DNA from: Kudoa neothunni
Lineage: Eukaryota > Animalia > Cnidaria
Reading direction: 5' to 3'
DNA length: 64,000 nt
NCBI GenBank assembly: GCA_964304625.1
Contig: OZ199838.1
Span: forward strand, 15,676,929-15,740,928
The position numbers and the translations under genes were made by a program. The notes below the pieces were generated by a model, which did no database searches, had not been told where the DNA came from, and saw only the letters and a program-made list of their open reading frames with translations. This document shows positions 1 through 13,541 of this stretch, piece by piece; position 1 is the first letter of the stretch, and the number at the start of each line of letters is the position of its first letter.

Positions 1-1577
1 TTCTTTGATTGTTTGCTTACAGTGTTATCGATATATGTTTCTGATTGTGATGCTGTTTTTGGGACCACTTTGATTCTGCTTCGCAATTTGATTGTGGATA
101 GACCATTTATGAAAAAGTTGGCGATTTTTATATCCAAGTTGAAGAACACACTGGAAACTTTGATATTGGACGATATTTATTGGATGGATGGGACTGTTTT
201 TGATGTATTTCTAAGTCATTTCGAAAAGGATGTGCAATTAGAAGGATTTCCCAACTTGAAGACTCTTCAAATATCACATGTCAACATTGAGAATATTAAG
301 GTGGAAAAAGTCTGCAACTTTTTGTCTCTTTTTCCTAACTTAGAGACACTTGAGTTGGACTTTTGTGGGGAGCTATTAACCTTCGAGTTAAATTACCTCA
401 ATCAAACAGATAAAGTTCCACTTCGTGATGCTTTAAGTAGATTGGAATCACTCAAAATTATTTCACTTAGTGGATTGTTATTTAACGATACCGTTGATGG
501 CTCGTTGGTGTTCAATTGTCTTCCATGGAATAGTCATTTCGAAAGTTTTCGATTCAATCACAACACTCAACTCACGAATATTGGGTCTAGTCTAATTAAT
601 TATGCCAATGTAATTAAGACGTTAAAATTTGGTTTTTATTTTTATATTAGATCAGCAATTGCACCATAAATAAATTGGATCTTTCATCTTCACCTTGCGC
701 CAATTTTTTGTGCAATATCTTCACTCTAAGCGATTCAAATTTTATTAAAAATATCACGGAACTAAATCTATCCAACTGTCAACTTGACCGCAAAGATTTC
801 GGTTGTTTAATTACGTATTTTTTAATTTAGTTATATTTTCTAAGTTTTTTTAAAAAGCAATTTTCACCGATTTTCAACACTTCAAAAACTCGATCTTTCA
901 TCCAATATGACAATGGTGGAATCATGTGAGATGCTACAACAATTTCTACTCAAATGTGGCCGTCTTAATCGTATCAACCTTGCCAACACATTATTGTTTG
1001 ATGAAAACACTTGTTTCGATATGAAATTTTTAAGTTCGCAAACAACTGAAAAATCCTCCAGTTCTCGTGTAGAGGTAGCGGAGAGTGCTCATCAACTTGT
1101 ATCGATGGATTCCAGTGATGACCAATATGATCGAGTGTCGTTTGATTCGGATATCTCTTCTTTTGGAGACGCTTCTCCAACACTTTTCGTATCCAAGAAA
1201 AAGTCCGCTCAGCTGCAAGATGAACCACCCTCTCCAAAGATTGAGGAACCATTGCCCAGCTCACATTGTAACACTGTGACTGATAATATTTGGTTTTTAT
1301 TATGTTTATAGTTAAATATTGTGGTCACCAATATTTGGAAGTGGAAAAACTTACTCCTTCAACAATTATTGATTTTTCCTACAATAATGTGAACTCGATG
1401 AGTCACATTCGCATCCTTGAGTCCATCCTTTCCTGTTTCCAATTTTCCACATCGACCGCTACCACAACTACAACTACTACAACTACTACTACAACTACTA
1501 CTACTACTACTACAACTACTATGGGTTTTAATATAGAGTGTCATGGTGATTTGTGTTTTTTACATATAACTCAGTAG
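1..1577 (+). CDS. Leucine-rich repeat protein (RNI-like LRRs), 5' end outside window; introns 610-650, 802-844, 1268-1311
   Basis: Repeated LxxLxLxxN/C motifs (LKTLQIS, LETLELDFC, ITELNLSNC, LQKLDLSSN, LNRINLANT). GT-AG introns join the ORF pieces in frame. Poly-Thr tract near the C-terminus. Confidence 0.75.
1460..1520 (+). repeat. (ACT/ACA)n trinucleotide microsatellite encoding poly-Thr
   Basis: About 20 tandem ACT/ACA codons in the last LRR exon. Confidence 0.9.
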
Positions 1578-2109
1578 CGATATAATAGAATAGAGTTGTT
1601 TTTTATGTTAGTAGCCCTATGTATACATATTAATTTTTCCAATTCTTACTTTTTTATCGCTTTATATTATATTATTTTTAAATGATGCAGAATTGAGATT
1701 TATTTTTTTAATTGGACTCGGAGATTTTATAGGTATCTCGCCTAAGGAATTTATTATAGGAAATACTGTATGAAGCCAGTTTAAGTTAATATTATCTTCG
1801 GAGTGCAAACGTAAAATATGGAAGTGAAAAGATTAATAAGTATTATATTTAAGAAATAAAAGAAATATATTTTTAATGAATAGTGAATAAAAAAAATAAA
1901 AATTTCAGTCATTGCGAACGCTAAATGTGCAGAACCGAACGCAACCTGTTTAGGCGCTTTATTTTGGTCTCAAAAGAGTATGTGAAATTTAAATTTTCTA
2001 ATCAATGTATTGATTTACTACTGTATATCTATCGTACATTCAAATATTCAAATTTTATCATGTTCAAAGAGTTCAAATAAATATAACTGACTGTATATTT
2101 GTTATTTAA

Positions 2110-3150
2110 CACTCGTACTGAGTTGACAACTTTCACACTTTAATGAATTTGGGGGTATTTTTGACCCCACAATAAATAGAGTAGTTTCACGAATAAAATC
2201 CCCAGACGGCGAACATTAAAATTTTTTTAAATATAAATCTTTAATTATAATTTTTGATGCAATTTTCACATAATGTTAATAAATAGGGCTTAAAAATAGG
2301 TTTCATCAAATTTTAATGGCAAGTTGAACGTTTTTTATTATGTTCTCTTGGGCAAATGGAACATCTTTTCTCTCAATTTAAATCTCGTTTCCGCGAAATT
2401 TGATACTGGTTAGCTACATTGTCAATATCATATTCATTTGGAATTTCTTCAACAAAACTAACATCATATTTTTTTGTTGTTCAGGGGTGGGCAGTTATAT
2501 TTCAGCACGGGCCGGATTATAAAGAAAATAAATCTGATAAACAATTATTTAAATAGTTTAACGTCAAAATAAACTGAAACACATTTTAACTAAAATTTAA
2601 TAAAAGTATAAATGTGATTTTTTGAATATTGCATAGGTTTGATGGCAAATAGGACAAGAAGCTTTGGTCATTGTATATAAATAAATATATTTAAATCAAA
2701 TCCTTATTAAAAAAATCATCTATTATCAATTTTTCGCTTTCCAGAACTCGTTATGGTTACATTGAAACGTCTTATGAATGAATTTTACTTTTTATCGGTT
2801 TACCAATAATTTTTGTAAGTAAATAGACAGCGGTAGAGAATATTTCGAACTTATTTTTTCACGAGCAAATTAAAAAATTGAATGGCTCCTTTTTGAACGG
2901 CTTTTTGTATAGATTATTTAATTAGGTAGTTATTGGTGACATATTTTCCTTGCTTGAAGGAGGTTTAATCTGTTAATAATAAGCGCTTTTCCAACAAATA
3001 CAAACAAGACAGTTGTTGAGGATTTTTTCGATTTATTAGCTTACGGGGTTTTGTGATACGGCATATTTCTGTTAATTCATACGCTTAATTCCTTCAAATA
3101 GTCTTAACATTATTGGCCAAATATAATAAGTTTTTCTTATTTCTAATTGT
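2110..3150 (-). mobile_element. Decayed piggyBac-like transposon remnant
   Basis: Minus strand near 2310-2380 reads KRCSICPREHNKKRSTC, like the piggyBac C-terminal Cys-rich domain. TTAA-CACT end near 2107 and a GGGGT...ACCCC subterminal palindrome near 2151-2168. Boundaries approximate. Confidence 0.45.
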
Positions 3151-3969
3151 AAATCTAACGTAAACAGTTATTAAATTTGCGTCTAAAAAAATATGGCAAC
3201 TTTATATTAATATTAACGTATGAATTAATATTAGTCTGGGTTTTGTAATACCTTAGAAAGGAACTAGAACCCTATTCTTTAAAAAAATAAATAAATTCTA
3301 TAGTAAACTTGTTATTGTTCCCCGACGGCCGAATGAAACATCATGGGTCCATATTATGCCTATCTTTGTTCTAGATTCTTCTAGCAAGCCTTAGAAGGGT
3401 CTGCAACTTTGGATAGATTTTTATACCATCGATAATACAGTCTAACTTTGAATATCCTGAAAATTTGTAACCAGCGATTTTCTTTCCGTATAGCGATAGC
3501 GAGGTCCCGCTTAATCGAACATAATCAACGCCATATGCGCTCATTTTTTGAAATTTTTTCTTAAAGGATTGTTTACCCAATTTATAAACAATTTTTATTA
3601 TTAATTAATTAATTAATTAATTAATTAATGTAGTTCTATTTCCGCAACTTAAATTAAAAATATTGACATATCTATTAACTAAGAATATAAAAATTTAAAT
3701 TAAAAAACAACACATAATTATGGAAGAAAAACACGTCTACAGAGGTGCAATCTGCCTTTTTAAATAATCGGCCATTAATGTTTGTTTAATATACACACAA
3801 GCATATGTTCAGATATAGTACAAATCTATATAGGAACTGAATGCTTAATGAATGTTTTAAAAAAAAATTTTTAAATTCAACCAACACGTAAATTTGGAAA
3901 CCCCGCAGAGTTTAAACTATTTAATCAAGTTAAGAAATGAATTCTTTGATCGTAAAGAGATAATATTTT

Positions 3970-4440
3970 TGTTTAGGAAACATAGTTACAAACTACCATA
4001 TAGTTTTAATATTTTATGCAAGCTAGAATTATCTCCAGTTTCATTAGGAAATACAATTATAACTAGTGTTCTTATATTACTAAAATGATAGATATCGAAA
4101 GAATAAAACACGCATTAAATCTTTAAAGATGATTCATAATGCCAACTCACCAAGCAAATTTTGGAAATACGTTCCATAAACTAAATGCTCAAAATGAGAA
4201 GAAATTTGTCCGAAACTTGTTTCTATCTTTGTAACAACTTATTGTTGTGAGTCTATTTATTCAATGATGAAGTTTTGAAAATTTAGACATAGTGTATCAC
4301 TCCATCCCTCACTCACTCACTCACTCACTCACAAACACCTGACGGTATTAATTCGTACAGCGACAACAACATACGGACCGATTACCACCAGCTCACTGAT
4401 AATATGGAAACATAAAAAACGTGTAACATTAGAAACAATT
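3970..4440. repeat. Dispersed repeat with internal (CACT)n microsatellite; inverted copy at ~62050-62510
   Basis: Long colinear reverse-complement similarity, e.g. aaatgatagatatcgaaagaa, gatgattcataat, ccaactcaccaagc, aattcgtacagcg. Confidence 0.85.
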
Positions 4441-5550
4441 TCATTAAAAAATAGTTTTCGAATGCATTAAATTCTTGTGTTATTACTTTATTTGTAAATA
4501 TTTAATTTCATTTTTTGTATGACTACTATACATGATTAAATATGAAAAATATTTGATTATAGCGACCTTTTTCAAACAGAAAAAGTGTCTTGGATCATTA
4601 ACTATTAATTTACATTTTTGGAAAAACTATAAAAAATTATACCAGTGAAAATTATGTGTAAGTTTTCCAGCGATTAACTGATTAAGAAGAAAGTTAATAA
4701 ACCTTTATTTATAATTCTACAACATTTTATCTTAATATTTAACAAAAATATTCTAAAAATGTAAGTTTTAAATAAGGACGAAATACATAAATGAATTTAA
4801 TGCCTTTTGGCTCTCGAAAATGCCTAGCAACCTTGAAAGTGGTTCAAGTCTGGCCACCCTTGGTATATGTATATATGCTGCATTGTATACGTCGTGCGGT
4901 GATGTGTGGTACTTTTATCCGGAATTATAACTAAAAAGTTGATCCGGATATTGGATAATCGAACATTTATTGACACGTAATTTTAATAAAATCCAAAATT
5001 TAAAATACCCTCTGGAAATCGCGTCGCGTTATCCAGATAATCGAGGTTCGACTGTACTTCAGTTTATTTATTACGCCGAATTGTTAATGCTAGAATATAC
5101 TTATTTATTTTGGGGTTAAAAATTCCGCCAAACTCATTTAAGTCAAAACATGAATAAAAACGCAATTGGTTCAAACATAATAACAATACTTTAGCATAAT
5201 AAATGACAAATATTGAAATGAATTCATAATAAATCAGTCCTATTAATGCTTTTCAATATGACTTTTAGAAAACTAACTTTTCTCCGTGGTCACATATGAC
5301 CTCAAACTTAATATGAATGTTAAAATAATTGAATAAAGAGAAATGAAATTCTCTGAATCAAGTATGAATCTAATTGATATTTTCAAATAATCCTAACACC
5401 CAGATTTAACATGCACAAATCCAAAGACAACAACAATTTTATTTAAAATTATAATGTACGCTATAAAAAACAAACAAATGAAAAGCGTACATTTAGGTAC
5501 CATCGTGAACGTAGGTGCTAACGAAAATACAAGTGTAATTTTTAGCGGGT

Positions 5551-7287
5551 TTATTCATTTTTTGTTCTAACAAGTAAGGCGGTGTGTTGGCCTCCACAGC
5601 TAGCAGCAATAACACCCCCACAATCAGTGAGTTGTTTTCCAGTGGCTTTAGTTGGAACGAGACAATCAGAGTCATCATCCAGCGCCAACTGAAGATTGCT
5701 ACCCATACCGTAGGAATAAAGATGGCCATGACTACCCACAATGAACGAAGTCACTTCACCACATGCACAATCGGCAGGTGTGTCATTGTTGGTAATGATG
5801 TTGGTGATGTCAGCTTTTTGGGGATGGATGTAAAATGGTTGTTTGTTGGGACCGATGCCAAGTCGTCCATATTCAGCCCTACCAACTCCATACACCTATC
5901 CCACCAACATCAATACTTACAATCAAGCAAACTAACAATTGAAAACCTAAAAAATACCTCTCCAGCGGATGTATCGATAAAAACAGTGTGATGTTGACCT
6001 GCGGCGATCTTAGGAAGATGAGTTTTAGATGAGAAATAACTAATGGAGCCAATCAAAATTGGTCTATACACAATTAAGCAATCGGGATCGATATCAGTTG
6101 TAGAACTATAGGCGGATGGCGTAACAGCATTCTTGGATTCAGTCAAATTGCCAACACCTAATTGGCCGTAATTATTCAAACCCCAGCCATACACATTCCC
6201 TTCTCGGTCAATAGCAAAAGAGTGAAAACTTCCACAGATAATATCAACAAATGGCAGCTTTATTCGTTTGATTCGTTTGGAATTTTTAGTGTAACAAACA
6301 AAAGGAACACGAGCAGGTTCAAAAAACACACCGAATCCTCGTCTTCCTCCGTTCTCTTCTACAACTGATTTGGTTACTCGGCCAAGTTGGCCTTGTTGAC
6401 CGGAACCACAAGAATAGATACGGCCATTCGCAGTCAATATAAGCAAATGATCATTACCAGACGAGATATTGACAGCGTAGGATCCTTTCTCATTGTTTTT
6501 CTCGTAGATGAGAGTGAGAGATTTTTGGTGGGTGTCCTCGGTGATAAGTCCAATTTTTCTTTCCGAATCACGATAAATTCCACACACAAACACACTTCCA
6601 CATTCGGTTAGGACAGCTGTGTGACTGTCGCCGGCGGAAACTTTGATTGCAATGTATTTGGTGGGGAGTTCTACAATGCAAGGTGTGTTTTCGGGAGTGT
6701 TTTCGTTGGTTTCTCTCCCAAGTGCATAATCGTCATTACATCCCCACGAGTAAATCTAAAATATAACCACACATTACCATTATCCAAAGTCAAATCCACA
6801 TAAGAGCATCAATCAATAACTTGATTGTTATCGGTGAGAGCCACTGTGTGCATTCCACCACACACAATCTGCAGAATATTTCCAAGAGTTGGTATGAGTG
6901 CGGGTTTCTTACGTTCAACAATCGATTCACCCAATCCTAGCTGGCCCAAACTACCCTGTCCCAAAATAAGACCGATTTTGTTGCTGGTACTATTTTTGTC
7001 TTCAATCTCAATCAACACTGGAGTATCAAAAGCAAAATTAACACAAGGATTGGTGAAACAATCACAATTCGATGTGGTTGATTACTTTTATTGGTTTTTT
7101 CGACGATATCCTCATTACCTACATATTTCTCTTCGGGAGATCCATCGTCTGTGATATCTAATAGAAATCGATAAAAGATTGAATGTGGACATTTTTTAGC
7201 GGAAAATCCACAACATAACCAACTATCACAATCCACCAACTCATTAAATGTCGTACCTTTGCGTTTTCTTGGGTTTGGGCTTTGCAT
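5551..7287 (-). CDS. RCC1: Regulator of chromosome condensation 1 (Ran GEF), about 5 exons
   Basis: GQGSLGQLGLGESIVERKKPALI, CGGMHTVAL, YSWGCNDDYALGR, SAGDSHTA, WGLNNYGQLG, GRAEYGRLG, CGGQHT RCC1 repeats. N-terminal basic NLS (PRKRK). Confidence 0.92.
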
Positions 7288-8871
7288 TGTGGGATATACG
7301 AATGGAATATGGTCGCTAAAATACGTCAGTAGTCTCCTAATTAGCTAATTCAAACACCTACCAACGAATATACTACAAAAATTTGTTCGTTGCTTGGTTA
7401 AGGTTAATCACGTGAAGTAATACCTTGGATTAGAGGTCAGCGGCTAAAATAATCCGAATTATTATGGTTAATGGTGTTGGAACTGTGACAGCTTACATCG
7501 TCGTAATGATATCAATTGGTTGGAATTAGCGTCCAATATTCAAGATATTTTTTATCTTTTTATATTCGAGGTGGAATTCAGCCGAACACAAAATTTGTAT
7601 TGATCATAACTGCGATCAATCGATCACCTTAACCCTTGTTGTGTTGATGTGGTATCTTTATCATCAATCATTTGAAGGGGATTTGTCAAGGCGATTTTTA
7701 TTATGCTCAATTTAAAATCCACCGTAATTGTTATTAATCCTAGATTATCAATATAACTAAAATTCGACCCTAACCATTTTCATTTTAATCAATTAGTTTG
7801 TTGATACTTTTAGTCATTTAGACTACTAGCTTTGTATAATTTTTACTTTTGGTTATTTGCGCTAACTCAAGAAATAATCGATTTCTATTTGTTTATTTAT
7901 ATCCAAAATAATCCGTTTGTAAGGCTATTGTCACCACAACGACTAATCCCCTAAGGTGTATGTGCGCGGAATAACAATTTTCTAAACTACGCGCATTATA
8001 ATTGTTGAGATGAAAAATTTTTAATTATTTCCGGTCGATATATGTGAATTTGTAAATTGTTGATTGCCAAATTATAGTTGGTCAAATATATTTTGACTGA
8101 AAGCGACAGTTGCTTTTTTTGTTGTACGAAGAATATTAAAATAATATTCTTTATTTTTGAATTGTTTAATAAATTGTACTTTATTAATTTAATAATCATA
8201 TTGAATAAAAGAAAATAGTTTTAAAACGAATTTTTTCAATGATTTTGGGTGGTTGTCTTTATCATTCAAAATATAGTGATAATTGTTTTGTATATTCTCA
8301 CAAAATATTCTCAACCATATTTTTATTAATAGGACCAAAAATTAAGAAATAATCCAATTTTTGTCAATTGAAACGGAAAATAATTATGGTTTTTATGTTT
8401 CCGTGTGTCGCTTCAAAAATATTACATTACAGTTGGTAATTGATTTTCCACTCCTTTTTTATAAAATTATTGAATTGTAATTCTAGATGTTTCCAATTTT
8501 GATATAAAATAATGTATTCAATTTAACGCTAATGCTAGTTCAAATAATAGACTGTAAATGATGTAAAATGAGTAGTCAAAATTACGTGACGTGTCGATTT
8601 GGCACATTTTTGGGGGGAACTCTGTTGATCAATATAGCGTTATTCACAGAAAAATTAGAAATTTAGCGATAAGCGAAGATAAAAATACAAAATAATAAAT
8701 ACTTCGAAAATCTTCCATCAATAAATGTTAAGATAGTTACTGCGGGACATTTCAATATATCAAATAGAGCCACTCTAAATGGCATTCTCCTTAAAAAAGA
8801 ATCAAGTTTTCTCGAATATTTTAAAAAGGTTAGATCGTTTTCGATTATTGTCAGAATTTTACCTGGATATA

Positions 8872-9314
8872 CAGTCCAACCTCGGAATTCCAACACATAT
8901 AGAAAGGCTATTCAGAACAAATCTAATCATCTGATCTAATCATCTGATCTAATCATCTGATCTAATCATCTGATCTAATCTAATCTAATCTAATCAATTG
9001 GGGAAAAAACAGTGAAAAGAAATTATAATTGTGCGAACGTCATCCAAAGAGAAACCTTAATAATCTATTGTATGACATCCAAAAAAATATTTATCCTATA
9101 TTTCATTGTCATAATTGTATTCAATATTTATTTGTTATATTTTATAAACACAAGGCATGTATGTATTTTATAAATAAGAAAACATAATCATTTATTTGAT
9201 ATTTGATTAGCGGTAACTGATTAAACGAACTTTCATTATTTTGCACAGAAAAAATTATTCGCAGTTCGAATACATGTCTAGAACGGATTGTGGTAGAAGT
9301 CCGAGGTGGCAATG
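8872..9314. mobile_element. pogo/Tigger-type MITE with TA target duplication and an internal 13-bp tandem repeat (TCTAATCATCTGA)
   Basis: Left end TA|CAGTCCAACCTCGGAATTCCAACA versus reverse complement of right end TA|CATTGCCACCTCGGACTTCTACCA. Related solo ends at ~5035-5055 and ~26722-26741. Confidence 0.65.
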
Positions 9315-11067
9315 TATATTGATTTAAAAATTATTTTAATATTTTAGTAATTAATTTAATAAAATCAAATCTTGGAAAAATAGATTACTAATTTTTATGC
9401 TAATAAAGAATGTTTCTTAACAAAATAACTATACGAATTGTTTATTTTTCTATAAAATGAAAATATATTTATTTTTCTTTTTACATAATATATGTTGGGA
9501 CCTGGTGGTTATTAGTAATATTTTTTCTAATTACTATTCAATTGCGTCTAGTCGATTTCAACTACAACAAAATATCAGTATAATTTAGGGGTGTACATCA
9601 CGTGAAGCTGTCAGTTAATTACGAAGATCTGGATGATTTTCACCCTTATGGTTTGCATGCCGCTGAATGTTGTTATTACATCCATCCCATACATTTTCAA
9701 ATTTTTTGAAATAAATTATTTCATTAATTCAGCATTTTAATAGACTATTGCCACTTTATTTTAAAATATTTCATAATATATCATGATTTAAGAAATTTTA
9801 AAAACATAAAAACGGTAGCTGTATATTAAGTTAATAATTCTAGTACTTCTAGGTGATTGCTCGTTCTAACTTCATTAATTTTAGATATAAACAGGCAATC
9901 AGATAATCAACAGTATGAAAAAAAAGTTGAATTAACCAATACTCTGCGTACAAATTGGGGTAGAATTTATACTAAGTGAATAAATGCGCATGTTAGATAA
10001 CTAAGCAAACGCCATGCGACCGGTACTTTGGTGACCCCTGGGTTAAGACAATTCTTTTTGTTTTCAATGATATAGAAGTAGTTTCTGCAAACAATGTATT
10101 CATATTTGTGTTTTCAGCTGAGTTGAACACTGCAAAGTAATTTAATAACTCGATAATAAATTAATGTTTTATTTTTCATATGGCGTCAATAATTACGAAT
10201 AACAATCATTACTAATTTCAAACAATTGGACCTATTTTTTTATTGTTATAAGTAAAAAATAGACTCAATAAGTTTTCTAAGTTTCAGTTATGATAGATTT
10301 GATTAATTCAAAAACTCTCTTAGGTTATTATTAATAAATAAACTGAATCTTCTATTTGAGCCAGAATATAATTTAATGTTTCTTGGTTTATTATTGGTAG
10401 CTTTTGTGTTTATATTGATTAACTAATTAATTCTTAAGATCAATTAGTTCATACTCTAACTATTTCTTTACGGTAATTCCATTCTAGTATATTTCCATGA
10501 GGAAATTCATAAATAAAATATCATATGGTATAAATATTAGAATTCATTAACTGAAATTATCGAAATATTATTCAAAGTTGTGACAAGATGACTTAATTTG
10601 TATGAAGCTCTAAATTTATCGATTATTGATAATAAATTATGCTATCAAATTATCAGATATGTCAGTTTGAAAGATGTGTTATTTCTTATCCAACAAAATT
10701 AAGCACCTTAAATATAAAATTCTTTGCCCTTGGATATTCCATAGAGTTAAAAAATGTTTAATCGTGTTATCTATAATTTTATAGAACAAACTCTGTAATT
10801 AATGGCCTATTTTAGAGTGTTGTCATCAGTGATAAATTCAACTGTATTTAAAGAATAAATAAATGCATAGAGATATTTATGTTAGCATGTTTAATCAAAA
10901 ATATTTCTAATTAAGAATATTTAAACGAATATTAATTAATATACACGATTAATTACTATGAAAAATACAACTTGTGACTTGTTCGATGGATAGCACGTTA
11001 CTAATTGATAAAAGCAACAACTTGCATGGATTGAGTTTCTGTTGCTGTGAAATAACAACAACAAATT

Positions 11068-11280
11068 GTAACTATCGTAAAATGTAATAACGTGGTAATA
11101 AGTTAAATCTGCTTGCTAGGCGATTCCCAAGAGAGAGCGACCATGACACACGACATCCCCTCACAACTAATGAAGTAGTGGTAACTTTAATAGCTTATTT
11201 CAAAATAGAAACTCTAGTTACTGGACAACAAGCTTAAAAACTGAGGTAACATAGCAAGGAATATCTTGTAACAAGGCAAC
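11068..11280 (+). promoter_or_regulatory. Cluster of RFX X-box-like motifs
   Basis: CTTGCTAGGCGAT (11112), GTTACTGGACAAC (11217), GTAACATAGCAAG (11246), GTAACAAGGCAAC (11268), compared with the consensus GTNRCC(N0-3)RGYAAC. Confidence 0.55.
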
Positions 11281-11334
11281 TCTAGTTTGTGTTACTGGTC
11301 CTAATAATAGCTAGACTGTGAGTTATATTGTAAA

Positions 11335-12617
11335 ATGAATCCCACTATTGACGGCCAACTGGAATATGAAGTCAATCTTCTTCAAAAAATGAAGCGGTTG
11401 ATTCGAGTAATAATTCCCTTCTTTGTAATATATCTATTGGCCGAAATGATTTGAATGGGCCACTAATATTTATTTTAAGTGTATGGGTTAATGTACTTAT
11501 CTACTTATCGCCGGTTGTCTCATTGGTTGAGCATTATATGAGTGATGTTAGAGCTATAATTTAGATTTTTCTTATTGATTTAAACTAATAACTTCTTCAC
11601 ATAGAAAAGAAGAGCAAGTCCAAAAGTTATTGCCAACAAGCTAGATCTACCATTGTCTGGAATCACAGGAATATACCATCATTTAAAATACGAGATGACT
11701 CGACCTTTACGTAGCGAAAACGTGAATCAAATAAGCCAGTTGACGTATACACAAGAACAGTATCTACGACACATTATATGCTGTTACACTTATCTCCCTT
11801 CAACCAAAATATCTACTATGCTTTCGAATCGCATCCAAAGAAAAGTTTCCAAAGCTTTTATCGCCTCACTCAAAAATATTACGCATTATATCACTCCTGT
11901 ATTCACTAAAAAGAATGGAATGTATTCTCAAGACTATCTAATTTCAGCGTTGGAGTAAGTCGTCGTCATTGGAGATAACATAATAATACCTTTGATTATT
12001 TGTTGGTTCAATTTAGTTACATAGTGGACGTGGAAACATCAGAGCTGACCCAAGATGTACTTTTCCTTAAAAGGCGAGTATACGATTTCGCTGTCAACTA
12101 CTACAATGGAATGTTTGACAACATTCATCTCACCTGGAATCAAAACAAACCCTCATCATCCAAACTACAAATTAGCTATGATCTTACGGTTGTGATGGGT
12201 AAAAATAACAACACATTCGTTTCACTTAACTGGGATAAAAAAGCAACCTCCAACTACATCAAGATTCTCGAAGATATAAGGGAAAAATTTATTGAACAAC
12301 ACAAATTCAGCGTCACCATTATTTCTGATTATTGCTCCGAATTACAACTTGCATATAATCATGTTGCTCGATATCACACAGACTTCTCTTTCAACTACAT
12401 CATCATTCCACCAATGTTTTCTCATAAAGGTCATCCGATGAATGATGTGTTCGATCGCATTGACCAACATCTCAAACAAACGGGTCGTATGGGGTTTTCA
12501 GATGTATCTCAACAGCTTCGATTTGCAGCACATAGTTACAATTGTATTGACTTTGAGAATCATTATGAAGATCACTTTCAAATTTTGTATGAATACTTGT
12601 TTGGCAGTGAGACTTAA
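11335..12617 (+). CDS. Tc1/IS630 (DDE_3-like) transposase-derived protein, 340 aa; exons 11335-11406, 11605-11954, 12017-12617
   Basis: Spliced ORF is 1023 nt without stops. N-terminal HTH-like segment (SPKVIANKLDLPLSGITGIY). YIVDVET, VTIISDY and YIIIPPMFSHKGHPMNDVFDRIDQHLK resemble the FxDE, (I/M)DNA and LPPYSPxLNPIExxF motifs. Confidence 0.6.
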
Positions 12618-13507
12618 TTAGTATCGATCTCAACGTATTGGTGTTTCCTCACTTTACTTATTCACTTAACTGTTTATTGGTTAAAATTTTTTCATTTATT
12701 TGTCACATCGATGTTTTTTTTCTTTTCTCGCCTATTTCATTTATATTTTCTGGTGAGCTAGTATGTGGTGATGTTCTAACGATTCCGATTGAGAGAAACT
12801 TCAAGTATAAATTTAGGTTAGAAAATCCATTTAATGATATAATAATCTATTTCGGCAAGCAGAATAATTTATTTTTTATAGATTTAGATTGTTCCATTTG
12901 ATCCCATGCTAAAACATTATAGAGTACTACAGAATAAACCAATGGTAATGAAAGCGTTTAAGAGTATGAGTAATGATTCGAGAATTTTTTTTCTTATCAA
13001 AGCTTTTCAAGAAAATTATCTTAAGAATTCGAATCAATTTAAGTGAGAAAATTTTTAGCTATCCGTGGAATTCATCCCACACTCATGAATCATAAACAAT
13101 TGCTCCATTTTAATATATTTTTGCACTTATTCGCGCTTAACTGAATATAAAGCGTGTCTTATATATTAACAAATAATTTTTTTTAGTAATTAATAATTAC
13201 AAGAAATATTATTTAAATAATTCTTGGTTCATCAGAGAAAATTAATCCTAGAAACGTGACAACTATAAAAAAGGCATAATTTTCCGGTATTTCAGTTATG
13301 GATTATCATATTTGTTAATTCTTAGGAACTTTATTTGAAAAAATTCTCATTAATTGGGGAGTAATCTTTCACGTTCAGCAATAGAATTACCAAACACATT
13401 TAAATAATATTAAATTTCCAAATAACCAACTAGTAAAGTTTTTCAAAAAACTCTTCATATTGAGAATTTGCGTAAAATAGATTTGACACAAATTCTTGTC
13501 TAATTAT

Positions 13508-13541
<34 letters not shown>

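Noticed and set aside
3371-3580. Short minus-strand ORF, possibly a Merlin/ISXO2 transposase N-terminus
   Set aside because: Resemblance is too weak and is spread over broken frames.
5493-7154. Overlapping or antisense ORFs in the six-frame track (also within SF1, RFX and RPL7A)
   Set aside because: Shadow frames of real coding exons.
7464-7960. Possible small plus-strand gene divergent from RCC1 (MVNGVGTVTAYIVVMISIG...)
   Set aside because: I could not build a unique spliced ORF or recognise a family; needs RNA-seq.
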